This document shows, piece by piece, positions 11,001 to 25,300 of a stretch of 64,000 bases of DNA. The DNA is taken from assembly GCA_051362555.1 (NCBI GenBank), contig CM120640.1, positions 29,531,967-29,595,966 on the forward strand. The letters run 5' to 3'. Under the pieces are notes generated by a model. That model worked only from the letters and a program-made list of their open reading frames with translations. It searched no databases and was not told where the DNA came from. This stretch comes from Lingula anatina (taxonomy: Eukaryota; Animalia; Brachiopoda). Each line of letters begins with the position of its first letter. Positions within the stretch are counted from its first letter, which is position 1. The translations under genes and the position numbers were made by a program.

Positions 11001-13376
11001 TTCAGAGTAAATAATACATTGCAATATTGAAATATATGTTTTGGTTAATTCTCACTCTTCTGATAATCAATTTCCTATACATTTCACACCTAAAAAAAAA
11101 AGACTCAGATAACTGATAAGCTTATCACAGATTTCTATTGTTATTAAGCATCATTTGTACAAATTTCAGAAATATAGGACAAGATTTGACAAAATTATTA
11201 ACGTTTAACTATTTTAAGGCCTGGGATATGCCAGGCTTTTCAATGTAATTTTCAGTTCTCCCAACTATGTTGTCCCAAAAAACACTTTTCATTAGACACA
11301 GACAACTGATCAGCTTATCACAGATTTTTATTGTTGATAAGCATCATTTGAACAAATTTCAGAAATATAGGACAAGATTTGACAAAATAATTAACGTTTA
11401 ACTATTTTAAGACCTGGGATATGCCAGGCTTTTCAATGTAATTTTCAGTCTTTTCCGTTATATTGTTCTTCTTTCAGAGTACCCTCACCATGAAAAAGCT
11501 GAAAAAGCAGGCAGTGAAAGATACCACCAAGAGCAGCACTGTGTCTTCTCCATGTGTACAATACATGATATTTGGCAAGATTTACTTGTTGAGTATTGTG
11601 ATAACAACAACCCCTTCCAGAAAGGAGTAATCTGCATCTTGCAGAGGTAGTAAGGAGAACTCTTGTATGGGTATATATTGTTTTCCAGATGACAGTTATA
11701 GGTAATTTGCAACCTCTTACACAAACAACCTCAAATCATCACATTTGCTGTTTACTTTCAGAGTAAATAATACATTGCAATATTGAAATATTTGTTTTGT
11801 TTAATTCTCACTCTTCTGATAATCAATTTCCTATACATTTGACACCTAAAAAAAAGACTCATATAACTGATAAGCTTATCACAGATTTCTATTGTTATTA
11901 AGCATCATTTGTACAAATTTCAGAAATATTGGACAAGATTTGATAAAATTATTAACGTTTAACTATTTTAAGGCCTGGGATATGCCAGGCTTTTCAATGT
12001 AATTTTCAGTTCTCCCAACTATGTTGTCCCAAAAAACACTTTTCATTAAAAACAGACAACTGATCAGCTGATCACAGATTTTTATTGTTGTTAAGCATCA
12101 TTTGTACAAATTTCAGAAATATTGGACAAGATTTGATAAAATTATTAACATTTAACTATTTTAAGGCCTGGGATTGGCCAGTCTTTTCAAATGTAATTTT
12201 CAGTCTTTTCCGTTATATTGTTCTTCTTTCAGAGTACCCTCACCATGAAAAAGCTGAAAAAGCAGGCAGTGAAAGATACCACCAAGAGCAGCACTGTGTC
12301 TTCTCCATGTGTACAATACATGATATTTGGCAAGATTTACTTGTTGAGTATTGTGATAACAACAACCCCTTCCAGAAAGGAGTAATCTGCATCTTGCAGA
12401 GGTAGTAAGGAGAACTCTTGTATGGGTATATATTGTTTTCCAGATGACAGTTATAGGTAATTTGCAACCTCTTACACAAACAACCTCAAATCATCACATT
12501 TGCTGTTTACTTTCAGAGTAAATAATACATTGCAATATTGAAATATTTGTTTTGTTTAATTCTCACTCTTCTGATAATCAATTTCCTATACATTTGACAC
12601 CTAAAAAAAAGACTCAGATAACTGATAAGCTTATCACAGATTTCTATTGTTATTAAGCATCATTTGTACAAATTTCAGAAATATTGGACAAGATTTGATA
12701 AAATTATTAACGTTTAACTATTTTAAGGCCTGGGATATGCCAGGCTTTTCAATGTAATTTTCAGTTTTCCCAACTATGTTGTCCCAAAAAACACTTTTCA
12801 TTAAAAACAGACAACTGATCACCTTATCACAGATTTTTATTGTTGTTAAGCATCATTTGTACAAATTTCAGAAATATTGGACTAGATTAGACAAAATTAT
12901 TAACGTTTTACTATTTTAAGGCCTGCAAATTCCCTGTCTTTTCAATGTAATTTTCAGTTTTCCCAAATATGTTGTCCCAAAAAACACTTTTCATTAGACA
13001 CAGACAACTGCTCAGCTTATCACAGATTTTTATTGTTGTCAAGCATCATTTGTACAAATTTCATAAATATTGGACAAGATTTGACAAAATTATTACCGTT
13101 TAACTAATCAAGTCCTGCGAATTCCCAGTCTTTTCAATGTAATTTTTAGTTTTCGCAAATATATTGTCCTAAAAAACACTTTTCATTCAATACAGACAAC
13201 TGATCAGCTTATCACAGATTTTTATTGTTGTTAAGCATCATTTGTACAAATTTCATAAATATTGGACTAGATTTGACAAAATTATTAACGTTTAACTATT
13301 TTAATTAAGTCACCAAATTTGTCATTCTTTTCAAATGTAATTTTCAGTCTTTTCAGTTATATTGTTCTTGTTTCAG
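8068..13376 (+). repeat. Higher-order repeat, ~2655 bp x2 (three cores per unit)
   Basis: Core spacings are 756/754/1144 then 756/755/1144. Shared private variants include GATCACCTTATC and TTGTCAAGC. Confidence 0.93.
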
Positions 13377-16300
13377 AGTACCCTCACCATGAAAAAGCTG
13401 AAAAAGCAGGCAGTGAAAGATACCACCAAGAGCAGCACTGTGTCTTCTCCATGTGTACAATACATGATATTTGGCAAGATTTACTTGTTGAGTATTGTGA
13501 TAACAACAACCCCTTCCAGAAAGGAGTAATCTGCATCTTGTAGAGGTAGTAAGGAGAACTCTTGTATGGGTATATGTTGTTTTCCAGATGACAGTTATAG
13601 GTAATTTGCAACCTCTTATGCAAACAACCTCAAATCATCACATTTGCTGTTTACTTTCAGAGTAAATAATACATTGCAATATTGAAATATATGTTTTGGT
13701 TAATTCTCACTCTTCTGATAATCAATTTCCTATACATTTCACACCTAAAAAAAAAAAAAGACTCAGATAACTGATAAGCTTATCACAGATTTCTATTGTT
13801 ATTAAGCATCATTTGTACAAATTTCAGAAATATAGGACAAGATTTGACAAAATTATTAATGTTTAACTATTTTAAGGCCTGGGATATGCCAGGCTTTTCA
13901 ATGTAATTTTCAGTTTTCCCAACTATGTTGTCCCAAAAAACACTTTTCATTAGACACAGACAACTGATCAGCTTATCACAGATTTTTATTGTTGTTAAGC
14001 ATCATTTGTACAAATTTCATAAAAATTGGACTAGATTTGACAAAATTATTACCGTTTAAATATTTCAAGTCCTGCGAATTCCCAGTCTTTTCAATGTAAT
14101 TTTTGTTTTTCGCAAATATATTGTCCTAAAAAAACCTTTTTCATTCAATACAGACAACTGATCTGCTTATCACAGATTTTTATTGTTGGTAAGCATCATT
14201 TGTACAAATTTTAGAAATATAGGACAAGATTTGACAAAATTATTAACGTTTAACTATTTCAAGTCCTACGAATTCCCAGTCTTTTCAATGTGATTTTTGG
14301 TTTTCGCAAATATATTGTCCTAAAAACCACTTTTCTTTCCATACAGACAACTGATCAGCTTATCACAGATTTCTATTGTTGTTAAGCATCATTTGTACAA
14401 ATTTCAGAAATATTGGACTAGATTAGACAAAATTATTAACATTTAACTATTTCAAGTCATGCAAATTCCCAGTCTTTTCAATGTAATTTTCAGTTTTCCC
14501 AAATATGTTGTCCCAAAAAACACTTTTCATTAGACACAGACAACTGATCAGCTTATCATTGATTTTTATTGTTGTTAAGCATCATTTGTACAAATTTCAT
14601 AAAAATTGGACTAGATTTGACAAAATTATTACCGTTTAAATATTTCAAGTCATGCAAATTCCCAGTCTTTTCAATGTAATTTTTGTTTTTCGCAAATATA
14701 TTGTCCTAAAAAAACCTTTTTCATTCAATACAGACAACTGATCTGATTATCACAGATTTTTATTGTTGGTAAGCATCATTTGTACAAATTTTAGAAATAT
14801 AGGACAAGATTTGACAAAATTATTAACGTTTAACTATTTCAAGTCCTACGAATTCCCAGTCTTTTCAATGTGATTTTTGGTTTTCGCAAATATATTGTCC
14901 TAAAAACCACTTTTCTTTCCATACAGACAACTGATCAGCTTATCACAGATTTCTATTGTTGTTAAGCATCATTTGTACAAATTTCAGAAATATAGGACAA
15001 AATTTGACAAAATTATTAACGTTTAACTATTTTAAGGCCTGGGATTTGCCAGTCTTTTCAGTGTAATTTTCAGTTCTCCCAAATATATTGTTCTAAAAAA
15101 CACTTTTCATTAATCACAGTCAACTGATCAGCTTATCTCAGATTTTTATTGTTGTTAAGCATCATTTGTACAAATTTCATAAATATTGGACTAGATTTGA
15201 CAAAATTATTAACGTTTAACTATTTTAATTAAGTCACCAAATTTGTCATTCTTTTCAAATGTAATTTTCAGTCTTTTCAGTTATATTGTTCTTGTTTCAG
15301 AGTACCCTCACCATGAAAAAGCTGAAAAAGCAGGCAGTGAAAGATACCACCAAGAGCAGCACTGTGTCTTCTCCATGTGTACAATACATGATATTTGGCA
15401 AGATTTACTTGTTGAGTATTGTGATAACAACAACCCCTTCCAGAAAGGAGTAATCTGCATCTTGTAGAGGTAGTAAGGAGAACTCTTGTATGGGTATATG
15501 TTGTTTTCCAGATGACAGTTATAGGTAATTTGCAACCTCTTATGCAAACAACCTCAAATCATCACATTTGCTGTTTACTTTCAGAGTAAATAATACATTT
15601 CAATATTGAAATATATGTTTTGGTTAATTCTCACTCTTCTGATAATCAATTTCCTATACATTTCACACCTAAAAAAAAAAGACTCAGATAACTGATAAGC
15701 TTATCACAGATTTCTATTGTTATTAAGCATCATTTGTACAAATTTCAGAAATATAGGACAAGATTTGACAAAATTATTAACGTTTAACTATTTTAAGGCC
15801 TGGGATATGCCAGGCTTTTCAATGTAATTTTCAGTTCTCCCAACTATGTTGTCCCAAAAAACACTTTTCATTAGACACAGACAACTGATCAGCTTATCAC
15901 AGATTTTTATTGTTGATAAGCATCATTTGAACAAATTTCAGAAATATAGGACAAGATTTGACAAAATAATTAACGTTTAACTATTTTAAGACCTGGGATA
16001 TGCCAGGCTTTTCAATGTAATTTTCAGTCTTTTCTGTTATATTGTTCTTCTTTCAGAGTACCCTCACCATGAAAAAGCTGAAAAAGCAGGCAGTGAAAGA
16101 TACCACCAAGAGCAGCACTGTGTCTTCTCCATGTGTACAATACATGATATTTGGCAAGATTTACTTGTTGAGTATTGTGATAACAACAACCCCTTCCAGA
16201 AAGGAGTAATCTGCATCTTGCAGAGGTAGTAAGGAGAACTCTTGTATGGGTATATATTGTTTTCCAGATGACAGTTATAGGTAATTTGCAACCTCTTACA

Positions 16301-19300
16301 CAAACAACCTCAAATCATCACATTTGCTGTTTACTTTCAGAGTAAATAATACATTGCAATATTGAAATATTTGTTTTGTTTAATTCTCACTCTTCTGATA
16401 ATCAATTTCCTATACATTTGACACCTAAAAAAAAGACTCATATAACTGATAAGCTTATCACTGATTTCTATTGTTATTAAGCATCATTTGTACAAATTTC
16501 AGAAATATTGGACAAGATTTGATAAAATTATTAACGTTTAACTATTTTAAGGCCTGGGATATGCCAGGCTTTTCAATGTAATTTTCAGTTCTCCCAACTA
16601 TGTTGTCCCAAAAAACACTTTTCATTAAAAACAGACAACTGATCAGCTGATCACAGATTTTTATTGTTGTTAAGCATCATTTGTACAAATTTCAGAAATA
16701 TTGGACAAGATTTGATAAAATTATTAACATTTAACTATTTTAAGGCCTGGGATTGGCCAGTCTTTTCAAATGTAATTTTCAGTCTTTTCCGTTATATTGT
16801 TCTTCTTTCAGAGTACCCTCACCATGAAAAAGCTGAAAAAGCAGGCAGTGAAAGATACCACCAAGAGCAGCACTGTGTCTTCTCCATGTGTACAATACAT
16901 GATATTTGGCAAGATTTACTTGTTGAGTATTGTGATAACAACAACCCCTTCCAGAAAGGAGTAATCTGCATCTTGCAGAGGTAGTAAGGAGAACTCTTGT
17001 ATGGGTATATATTGTTTTCCAGATGACAGTTATAGGTAATTTGCAACCTCTTACACAAACAACCTCAAATCATCACATTTGCTGTTTACTTTCAGAGTAA
17101 ATAATACATTGCAATATTGAAATATTTGTTTTGTTTAATTCTCACTCTTCTGATAATCAATTTCCTATACATTTGACACCTAAAAAAAAGACTCAGATAA
17201 CTGATAAGCTTATCACAGATTTCTATTGTTATTAAGCATCATTTGTACAAATTTCAGAAATATTGGACAAGATTTGATAAAATTATTAACGTTTAACTAT
17301 TTTAAGGCCTGGGATATGCCAGGCTTTTCAATGTAATTTTCAGTTTTCCCAACTATGTTGTCCCAAAAAACACTTTTCATTAAAAACAGACAACTGATCA
17401 CCTTATCACAGATTTTTATTGTTGTTAAGCATCATTTGTACAAATTTCAGAAATATTGGACTAGATTAGACAAAATTATTAACGTTTTACTATTTTAAGG
17501 CCTGCAAATTCCCTGTCTTTTCAATGTAATTTTCAGTTTTCCCAAATATGTTGTCCCAAAAAACACTTTTCATTAGACACAGTCAACTGATCAGCTTATC
17601 ACAGATTTCTATTATTGTTAAGCATCATTTGTACAAATTTCAGAAATATTGGACAAAATTTGACAAAATTATTAACGTTTAACTATTTTAAGGCCTGGGA
17701 TTTGCCAGTCTTTTCAGTGTAATTTTCAGTTCTCCCAAATATATTGTTCTAAAAAACACTTTTCATTAGACACAGTCAACTGATCAGCTTATCTCAGATT
17801 TTTGTTGTTGTTAAGCATTATTTGTACAAATTTCAGAAATATTGGACAAGATTTGACAAAATTATTAACGTTTTACTATTTTAAGTCAGAAAATATCCCA
17901 GTCTTTTCAGTGTAAGTTTCAGTTCTCCCAAATATATTGTTCTAAAAACACTTTTCATTAGACACAGTCAACTGATCAGCTTATCTCAGATTTTTGTTGT
18001 TGTTAAGCATTATTTGTACAAATTTCAGAAATGTTGGACAAGATTTGACAAAATTAACGTTTATCTATTTTAATTAAGTCACTGAATTTGTCATTCTTTT
18101 CAAATGTAATTTTCAGTCTTTTCAGTTATATTGTTCTTGTTTCAGAGTACCCTCACCATGAAAAAGCTGAAAAAGCAGGCAGTGAAAGATACCACCAAGA
18201 GCAGCACTGTGTCTTCTCCATGTGTACAATACTTGATATTTGGCAAGATTTAGGGCCTTGTTGAGTATTGTGATAACAACAACCCCTTCCAGAAAGGAGT
18301 AATCTGCATCTTGCAGAGGTAGTAAGGAGAACTCTTGTATGGGTATATATTGTTTTCCAGATGACAGTTATAGGTAATTTGCAACCTCTTACACAAACAA
18401 CCTCAAATCATCACATTTGCTGTTTACTTTCAGAGTAAATAATACATTGCAATATTGAAATATATGTTTTGGTTAATTCTCACTCTTCTGATAATCAATT
18501 TCCTATACATTTCACACCTAAAAAAAAAAAAAGACTCAGATAACTGATAAGCTTATCACAGATTTCTATTGTTATTAAGCATCATTTGTACAAATTTCAG
18601 AAATATAGGACAAGATTTGACAAAATTATTAATGTTTAACTATTTTAAGGCCTGGGATATGCCAGGTTTTTCAATGTAATTTTCAGTTTTCCCAACTATG
18701 TTGTCCCAAAAAACACTTTTCATTAGACACAGACAACTGATCAGCTTATCACAGATTTTTATTGTTGTTAAGCATCATTTGTACAAATTTCATAAAAATT
18801 GGACTAGATTTGACAAAATTATTACCGTTTAAATATTTCAAGTCCTGCGAATTCCCAGTCTTTTCAATGTAATTTTTGTTTTTCGCAAATATATTGTCCT
18901 AAAAAAACCTTTTTCATTCAATACAGACAACTGATCTGCTTATCACAGATTTTTATTGTTGGTAAGCATCATTTGTACAAATTTTAGAAATATAGGACAA
19001 GATTTGACAAAATTATTAACGTTTAACTATTTCAAGTCCTACGAATTCCCAGTCTTTTCAATGTGATTTTTGGTTTTCGCAAATATATTGTCCTAAAAAC
19101 CACTTTTCTTTCCATACAGACAACTGATCAGCTTATCACAGATTTCTATTGTTGTTAAGCATCATTTGTACAAATTTCAGAAATATTGGACTAGATTAGA
19201 CAAAATTATTAACATTTAACTATTTCAAGTCATGCAAATTCCCAGTCTTTTCAATGTAATTTTCAGTTTTCCCAAATATGTTGTCCCAAAAAACACTTTT

Positions 19301-22300
19301 CATTAGACACAGACAACTGATCAGCTTATCATTGATTTTTATTGTTGTTAAGCATCATTTGTACAAATTTCATAAAAATTGGACTAGATTTGACAAAATT
19401 ATTACCGTTTAAATATTTCAAGTCCTGCGAATTCCCAGTCTTTTCAATGTAATTTTTGTTTTTCGCAAATATATTGTCCTAAAAAAACCTTTTTCATTCA
19501 ATACAGACAACTGATCTGATTATCACAGATTTTTATTGTTGGTAAGCATCATTTGTACAAATTTTAGAAATATAGGACAAGATTTGACAAAATTATTAAC
19601 GTTTAACTATTTCAAGTCCTACGAATTCCCAGTCTTTTCAATGTGATTTTTGGTTTTCGCAAATATATTGTCCTAAAAACCACTTTTCTTTCCATACAGA
19701 CAACTGATCAGCTTATCACAGATTTCTATTGTTGTTAAGCATCATTTGTACAAATTTCAGAAATATAGGACAAAATTTGACAAAATTATTAACGTTTAAC
19801 TATTTTAAGGCCTGGGATTTGCCAGTCTTTTCAGTGTAATTTTCAGTTCTCCCAAATATATTGTTCTAAAAAACACTTTTCATTAATCACAGTCAACTGA
19901 TCAGCTTATCTCAGATTTTTATTGTTGTTAAGCATCATTTGTACAAATTTCATAAATATTGGACTAGATTTGACAAAATTATTAACGTTTAACTATTTTA
20001 ATTAAGTCACCAAATTTGTCATTCTTTTCAAATGTAATTTTCAGTCTTTTCAGTTATATTGTTCTTGTTTCAGAGTACCCTCACCATGAAAAAGCTGAAA
20101 AAGCAGGCAGTGAAAGATACCACCAAGAGCAGCACTGTGTCTTCTCCATGTGTACAATACATGATATTTGGCAAGATTTACTTGTTGAGTATTGTGATAA
20201 CAACAACCCCTTCCAGAAAGGAGTAATCTGCATCTTGTAGAGGTAGTAAGGAGAACTCTTGTATGGGTATATGTTGTTTTCCAGATGACAGTTATAGGTA
20301 ATTTGCAACCTCTTATGCAAACAACCTCAAATCATCACATTTGCTGTTTACTTTCAGAGTAAATAATACATTTCAATATTGAAATATATGTTTTGGTTAA
20401 TTCTCACTCTTCTGATAATCAATTTCCTATACATTTCACACCTAAAAAAAAAAGACTCAGATAACTGATAAGCTTATCACAGATTTCTATTGTTATTAAG
20501 CATCATTTGTACAAATTTCAGAAATATAGGACAAGATTTGACAAAATTATTAACGTTTAACTATTTTAAGGCCTGGGATATGCCAGGCTTTTCAATGTAA
20601 TTTTCAGTTCTCCCAACTATGTTGTCCCAAAAAACACTTTTCATTAGACACAGACAACTGATCAGCTTATCACAGATTTTTATTGTTGATTAGCATCATT
20701 TGAACAAATTTCAGAAATATAGGACAAGATTTGACAAAATAATTAACGTTTAACTATTTTAAGACCTGGGATATGCCAGGCTTTTCAATGTAATTTTCAG
20801 TCTTTTCCGTTATATTGTTCTTCTTTCAGAGTACCCTCACCATGAAAAAGCTGAAAAAGCAGGCAGTGAAAGATACCACCAAGAGCAGCACTGTGTCTTC
20901 TCCATGTGTACAATACATGATATTTGGCAAGATTTACTTGTTGAGTATTGTGATAACAACAACCCCTTCCAGAAAGGAGTAATCTGCATCTTGCAGAGGT
21001 AGTAAGGAGAACTCTTGTATGGGTATATATTGTTTTCCAGATGACAGTTATAGGTAATTTGCAACCTCTTACACAAACAACCTCAAATCATCACATTTGC
21101 TGTTTACTTTCAGAGTAAATAATACATTGCAATATTGAAATATTTGTTTTGTTTAATTCTCACTCTTCTGATAATCAATTTCCTATACATTTGACACCTA
21201 AAAAAAAGACTCATATAACTGATAAGCTTATCACAGATTTCTATTGTTATTAGGCATCATTTGTACAAATTTCAGAAATATTGGACAAGATTTGATAAAA
21301 TTATTAACGTTTAACTATTTTAAGGCCTGGGATATGCCAGGCTTTTCAATGTAATTTTCAGTTCTCCCAACTATGTTGTCCCAAAAAACACTTTTCATTA
21401 AAAACAGACAACTGATCAGCTGATCACAGATTTTTATTGTTGTTAAGCATCATTTGTACAAATTTCAGAAATATTGGACAAGATTTGATAAAATTATTAA
21501 CATTTAACTATTTTAAGGCCTGGGATTGGCCAGTCTTTTCAAATGTAATTTTCAGTCTTTTCCGTTATATTGTTCTTCTTTCAGAGTACCCTCACCATGA
21601 AAAAGCTGAAAAAGCAGGCAGTGAAAGATACCACCAAGAGCAGCACTGTGTCTTCTCCATGTGTACAATACATGATATTTGGCAAGATTTACTTGTTGAG
21701 TATTGTGATAACAACAACCCCTTCCAGAAAGGAGTAATCTGCATCTTGCAGAGGTAGTAAGGAGAACTCTTGTATGGGTATATATTGTTTTCCAGATGAC
21801 AGTTATAGGTAATTTGCAACCTCTTACACAAACAACCTCAAATCATCACATTTGCTGTTTACTTTCAGAGTAAATAATACATTGCAATATTGAAATATTT
21901 GTTTTGTTTAATTCTCACTCTTCTGATAATCAATTTCCTATACATTTGACACCTAAAAAAAAGACTCAGATAACTGATAAGCTTATCACAGATTTCTATT
22001 GTTATTAAGCATCATTTGTACAAATTTCAGAAATATTGGACAAGATTTGATAAAATTATTAACGTTTAACTATTTTAAGGCCTGGGATATGCCAGGCTTT
22101 TCAATGTAATTTTCAGTTCTCCCAACTATGTTGTCCCAAAAAACACTTTTCATTAAAAACAGACAACTGATCACCTTATCACAGATTTTTATTGTTGTTA
22201 AGCATCATTTGTACAAATTTCAGAAATATTGGACTAGATTAGACAAAATTATTAACGTTTTACTATTTTAAGGCCTGCAAATTCCCTGTCTTTTCAATGT

Positions 22301-25300
22301 AATTTTCAGTTTTCCGAAATATGTTGTCCCAAAAAACACTTTTCATTAGACACAGTCAACTGATCAGCTTATCACAGATTTCTATTATTGTTAAGCATCA
22401 TTTGTACAAATTTCAGAAATATTGGACAAAATTTGACAAAATTATTAACGTTTAACTATTTTAAGGCCTGGGATTTGCCAGTCTTTTCAGTGTAATTTTC
22501 AGTTCTCCCAAATATATTGTTCTAAAAAACACTTTTCATTAGACACAGTCAACTGATCAGCTTATCTCAGATTTTTGTTGTTGTTAAGCATTATTTGTAC
22601 AAATTTCAGAAATATTGGACAAGATTTGACAAAATTATTAACGTTTTACTATTTTAAGTCAGAAAATATCCCAGTCTTTTCAGTGTAAGTTTCAGTTCTC
22701 CCAAATATATTGTTCTAAAAACACTTTTCATTAGACACAGTCAACTGATCAGCTTATCTCAGATTTTTGTTGTTGTTAAGCATTATTTGTACAAATTTCA
22801 GAAATGTTGGACAAGATTTGACAAAATTAACGTTTATCTATTTTAATTAAGTCACTGAATTTGTCATTCTTTTCAAATGTAATTTTCAGTCTTTTCAGTT
22901 ATATTGTTCTTGTTTCAGAGTACCCTCACCATGAAAAAGCTGAAAAAGCAGGCAGTGAAAGATACCACCAAGAGCAGCACTGTGTCTTCTCCATGTGTAC
23001 AATACTTGATATTTGGCAAGATTTAGGGCCTTGTTGAGTATTGTGATAACAACAACCCCTTCCAGAAAGGAGTAATCTGCATCTTGCAGAGGTAGTAAGG
23101 AGAACTCTTGTATGGGTATATATTGTTTTCCAGATGACAGTTATAGGTAATTTGCAACCTCTTACACAAACAACCTCAAATCATCACATTTGCTGTTTAC
23201 TTTCAGAGTAAATAATACATTGCAATATTGAAATATATGTTTTGGTTAATTCTCACTCTTCTGATAATCAATTTCCTATACATTTCACACCTAAAAAAAA
23301 AAAAAGACTCAGATAACTGATAAGCTTATCACAGATTTCTATTGTTATTAAGCATCATTTGTACAAATTTCAGAAATATAGGACAAGATTTGACAAAATT
23401 ATTAATGTTTAACTATTTTAAGGCCTGGGATATGCCAGGTTTTTCAATGTAATTTTCAGTTTTCCCAACTATGTTGTCCCAAAAAACACTTTTCATTAGA
23501 CACAGACAACTGATCAGCTTATCACAGATTTTTATTGTTGTTAAGCATCATTTGTACAAATTTCATAAAAATTTGACAAAATTATTACCGTTTAAATATT
23601 TCAAGTCCTGCGAATTCCCAGTCTTTTCAATGTAATTTTTGTTTTTCGCAAATATATTGTCCTAAAAAAACCTTTTTCATTCAATACAGACAACTGATCT
23701 GCTTATCACAGATTTTTATTGTTGGTAAGCATCATTGGACTAGATTTGACAAAATTATTACCGTTTAAATATTTCAAGTCCTGCGAATTCCCAGTCTTTT
23801 CAATGTAATTTTTGTTTTTCGCAAATATATTGTCCTAAAAAAACCTTTTTCATTCAATACAGACAACTGATCTGCTTATCACAGATTTTTATTGTTGGTA
23901 AGCATCATTTGTACAAATTTTAGAAATATAGGACAAGATTTGACAAAATTATTAACGTTTAACTATTTCAAGTCCTACGAATTCCCAGTCTTTTCAATGT
24001 GATTTTTGGTTTTCGCAAATATATTGTCCTAAAAACCACTTTTCTTTCCATACAGACAACTGATCAGCTTATCACAGATTTCTATTGTTGTTAAGCATCA
24101 TTTGTACAAATTTCAGAAATATTGGACTAGATTAGACAAAATTATTAACATTTAACTATTTCAAGTCATGCAAATTCCCAGTCTTTTCAATGTAATTTTC
24201 AGTTTTCCCAAATATGTTGTCCCAAAAAACACTTTTCATTAGACACAGACAACTGATCAGCTTATCATTGATTTTTATTGTTGTTAAGCATCATTTGTAC
24301 AAATTTCATAAAAATTGGACTAGATTTGACAAAATTATTACCGTTTAAATATTTCAAGTCCTGCGAATTCCCAGTCTTTTCAATGTAATTTTTGTTTTTC
24401 GCAAATATATTGTCCTAAAAAAACCTTTTTCATTCAATACAGACAACTGATCTGATTATCACAGATTTTTATTGTTGGTAAGCATCATTTGTACAAATTT
24501 TAGAAATATAGGACAAGATTTGACAAAATTATTAACGTTTAACTATTTCAAGTCCTACGAATTCCCAGTCTTTTCAATGTGATTTTTGGTTTTCGCAAAT
24601 ATATTGTCCTAAAAACCACTTTTCTTTCCATACAGACAACTGATCAGCTTATCACAGATTTCTATTGTTGTTAAGCATCATTTGTACAAATTTCAGAAAT
24701 ATAGGACAAAATTTGACAAAATTATTAACGTTTAACTATTTTAAGGCCTGGGATTTGCCAGTCTTTTCAGTGTAATTTTCAGTTCTCCCAAATATATTGT
24801 TCTAAAAAACACTTTTCATTAATCACAGTCAACTGATCAGCTTATCTCAGATTTTTATTGTTGTTAAGCATCATTTGTACAAATTTCATAAATATTGGAC
24901 TAGATTTGACAAAATTATTAACGTTTAACTATTTTAATTAAGTCACCAAATTTGTCATTCTTTTCAAATGTAATTTTCAGTCTTTTCAGTTATATTGTTC
25001 TTGTTTCAGAGTACCCTCACCATGAAAAAGCTGAAAAAGCAGGCAGTGAAAGATACCACCAAGAGCAGCACTGTGTCTTCTCCATGTGTACAATACATGA
25101 TATTTGGCAAGATTTACTTGTTGAGTATTGTGATAACAACAACCCCTTCCAGAAAGGAGTAATCTGCATCTTGTAGAGGTAGTAAGGAGAACTCTTGTAT
25201 GGGTATATGTTGTTTTCCAGATGACAGTTATAGGTAATTTGCAACCTCTTATGCAAACAACCTCAAATCATCACATTTGCTGTTTACTTTCAGAGTAAAT

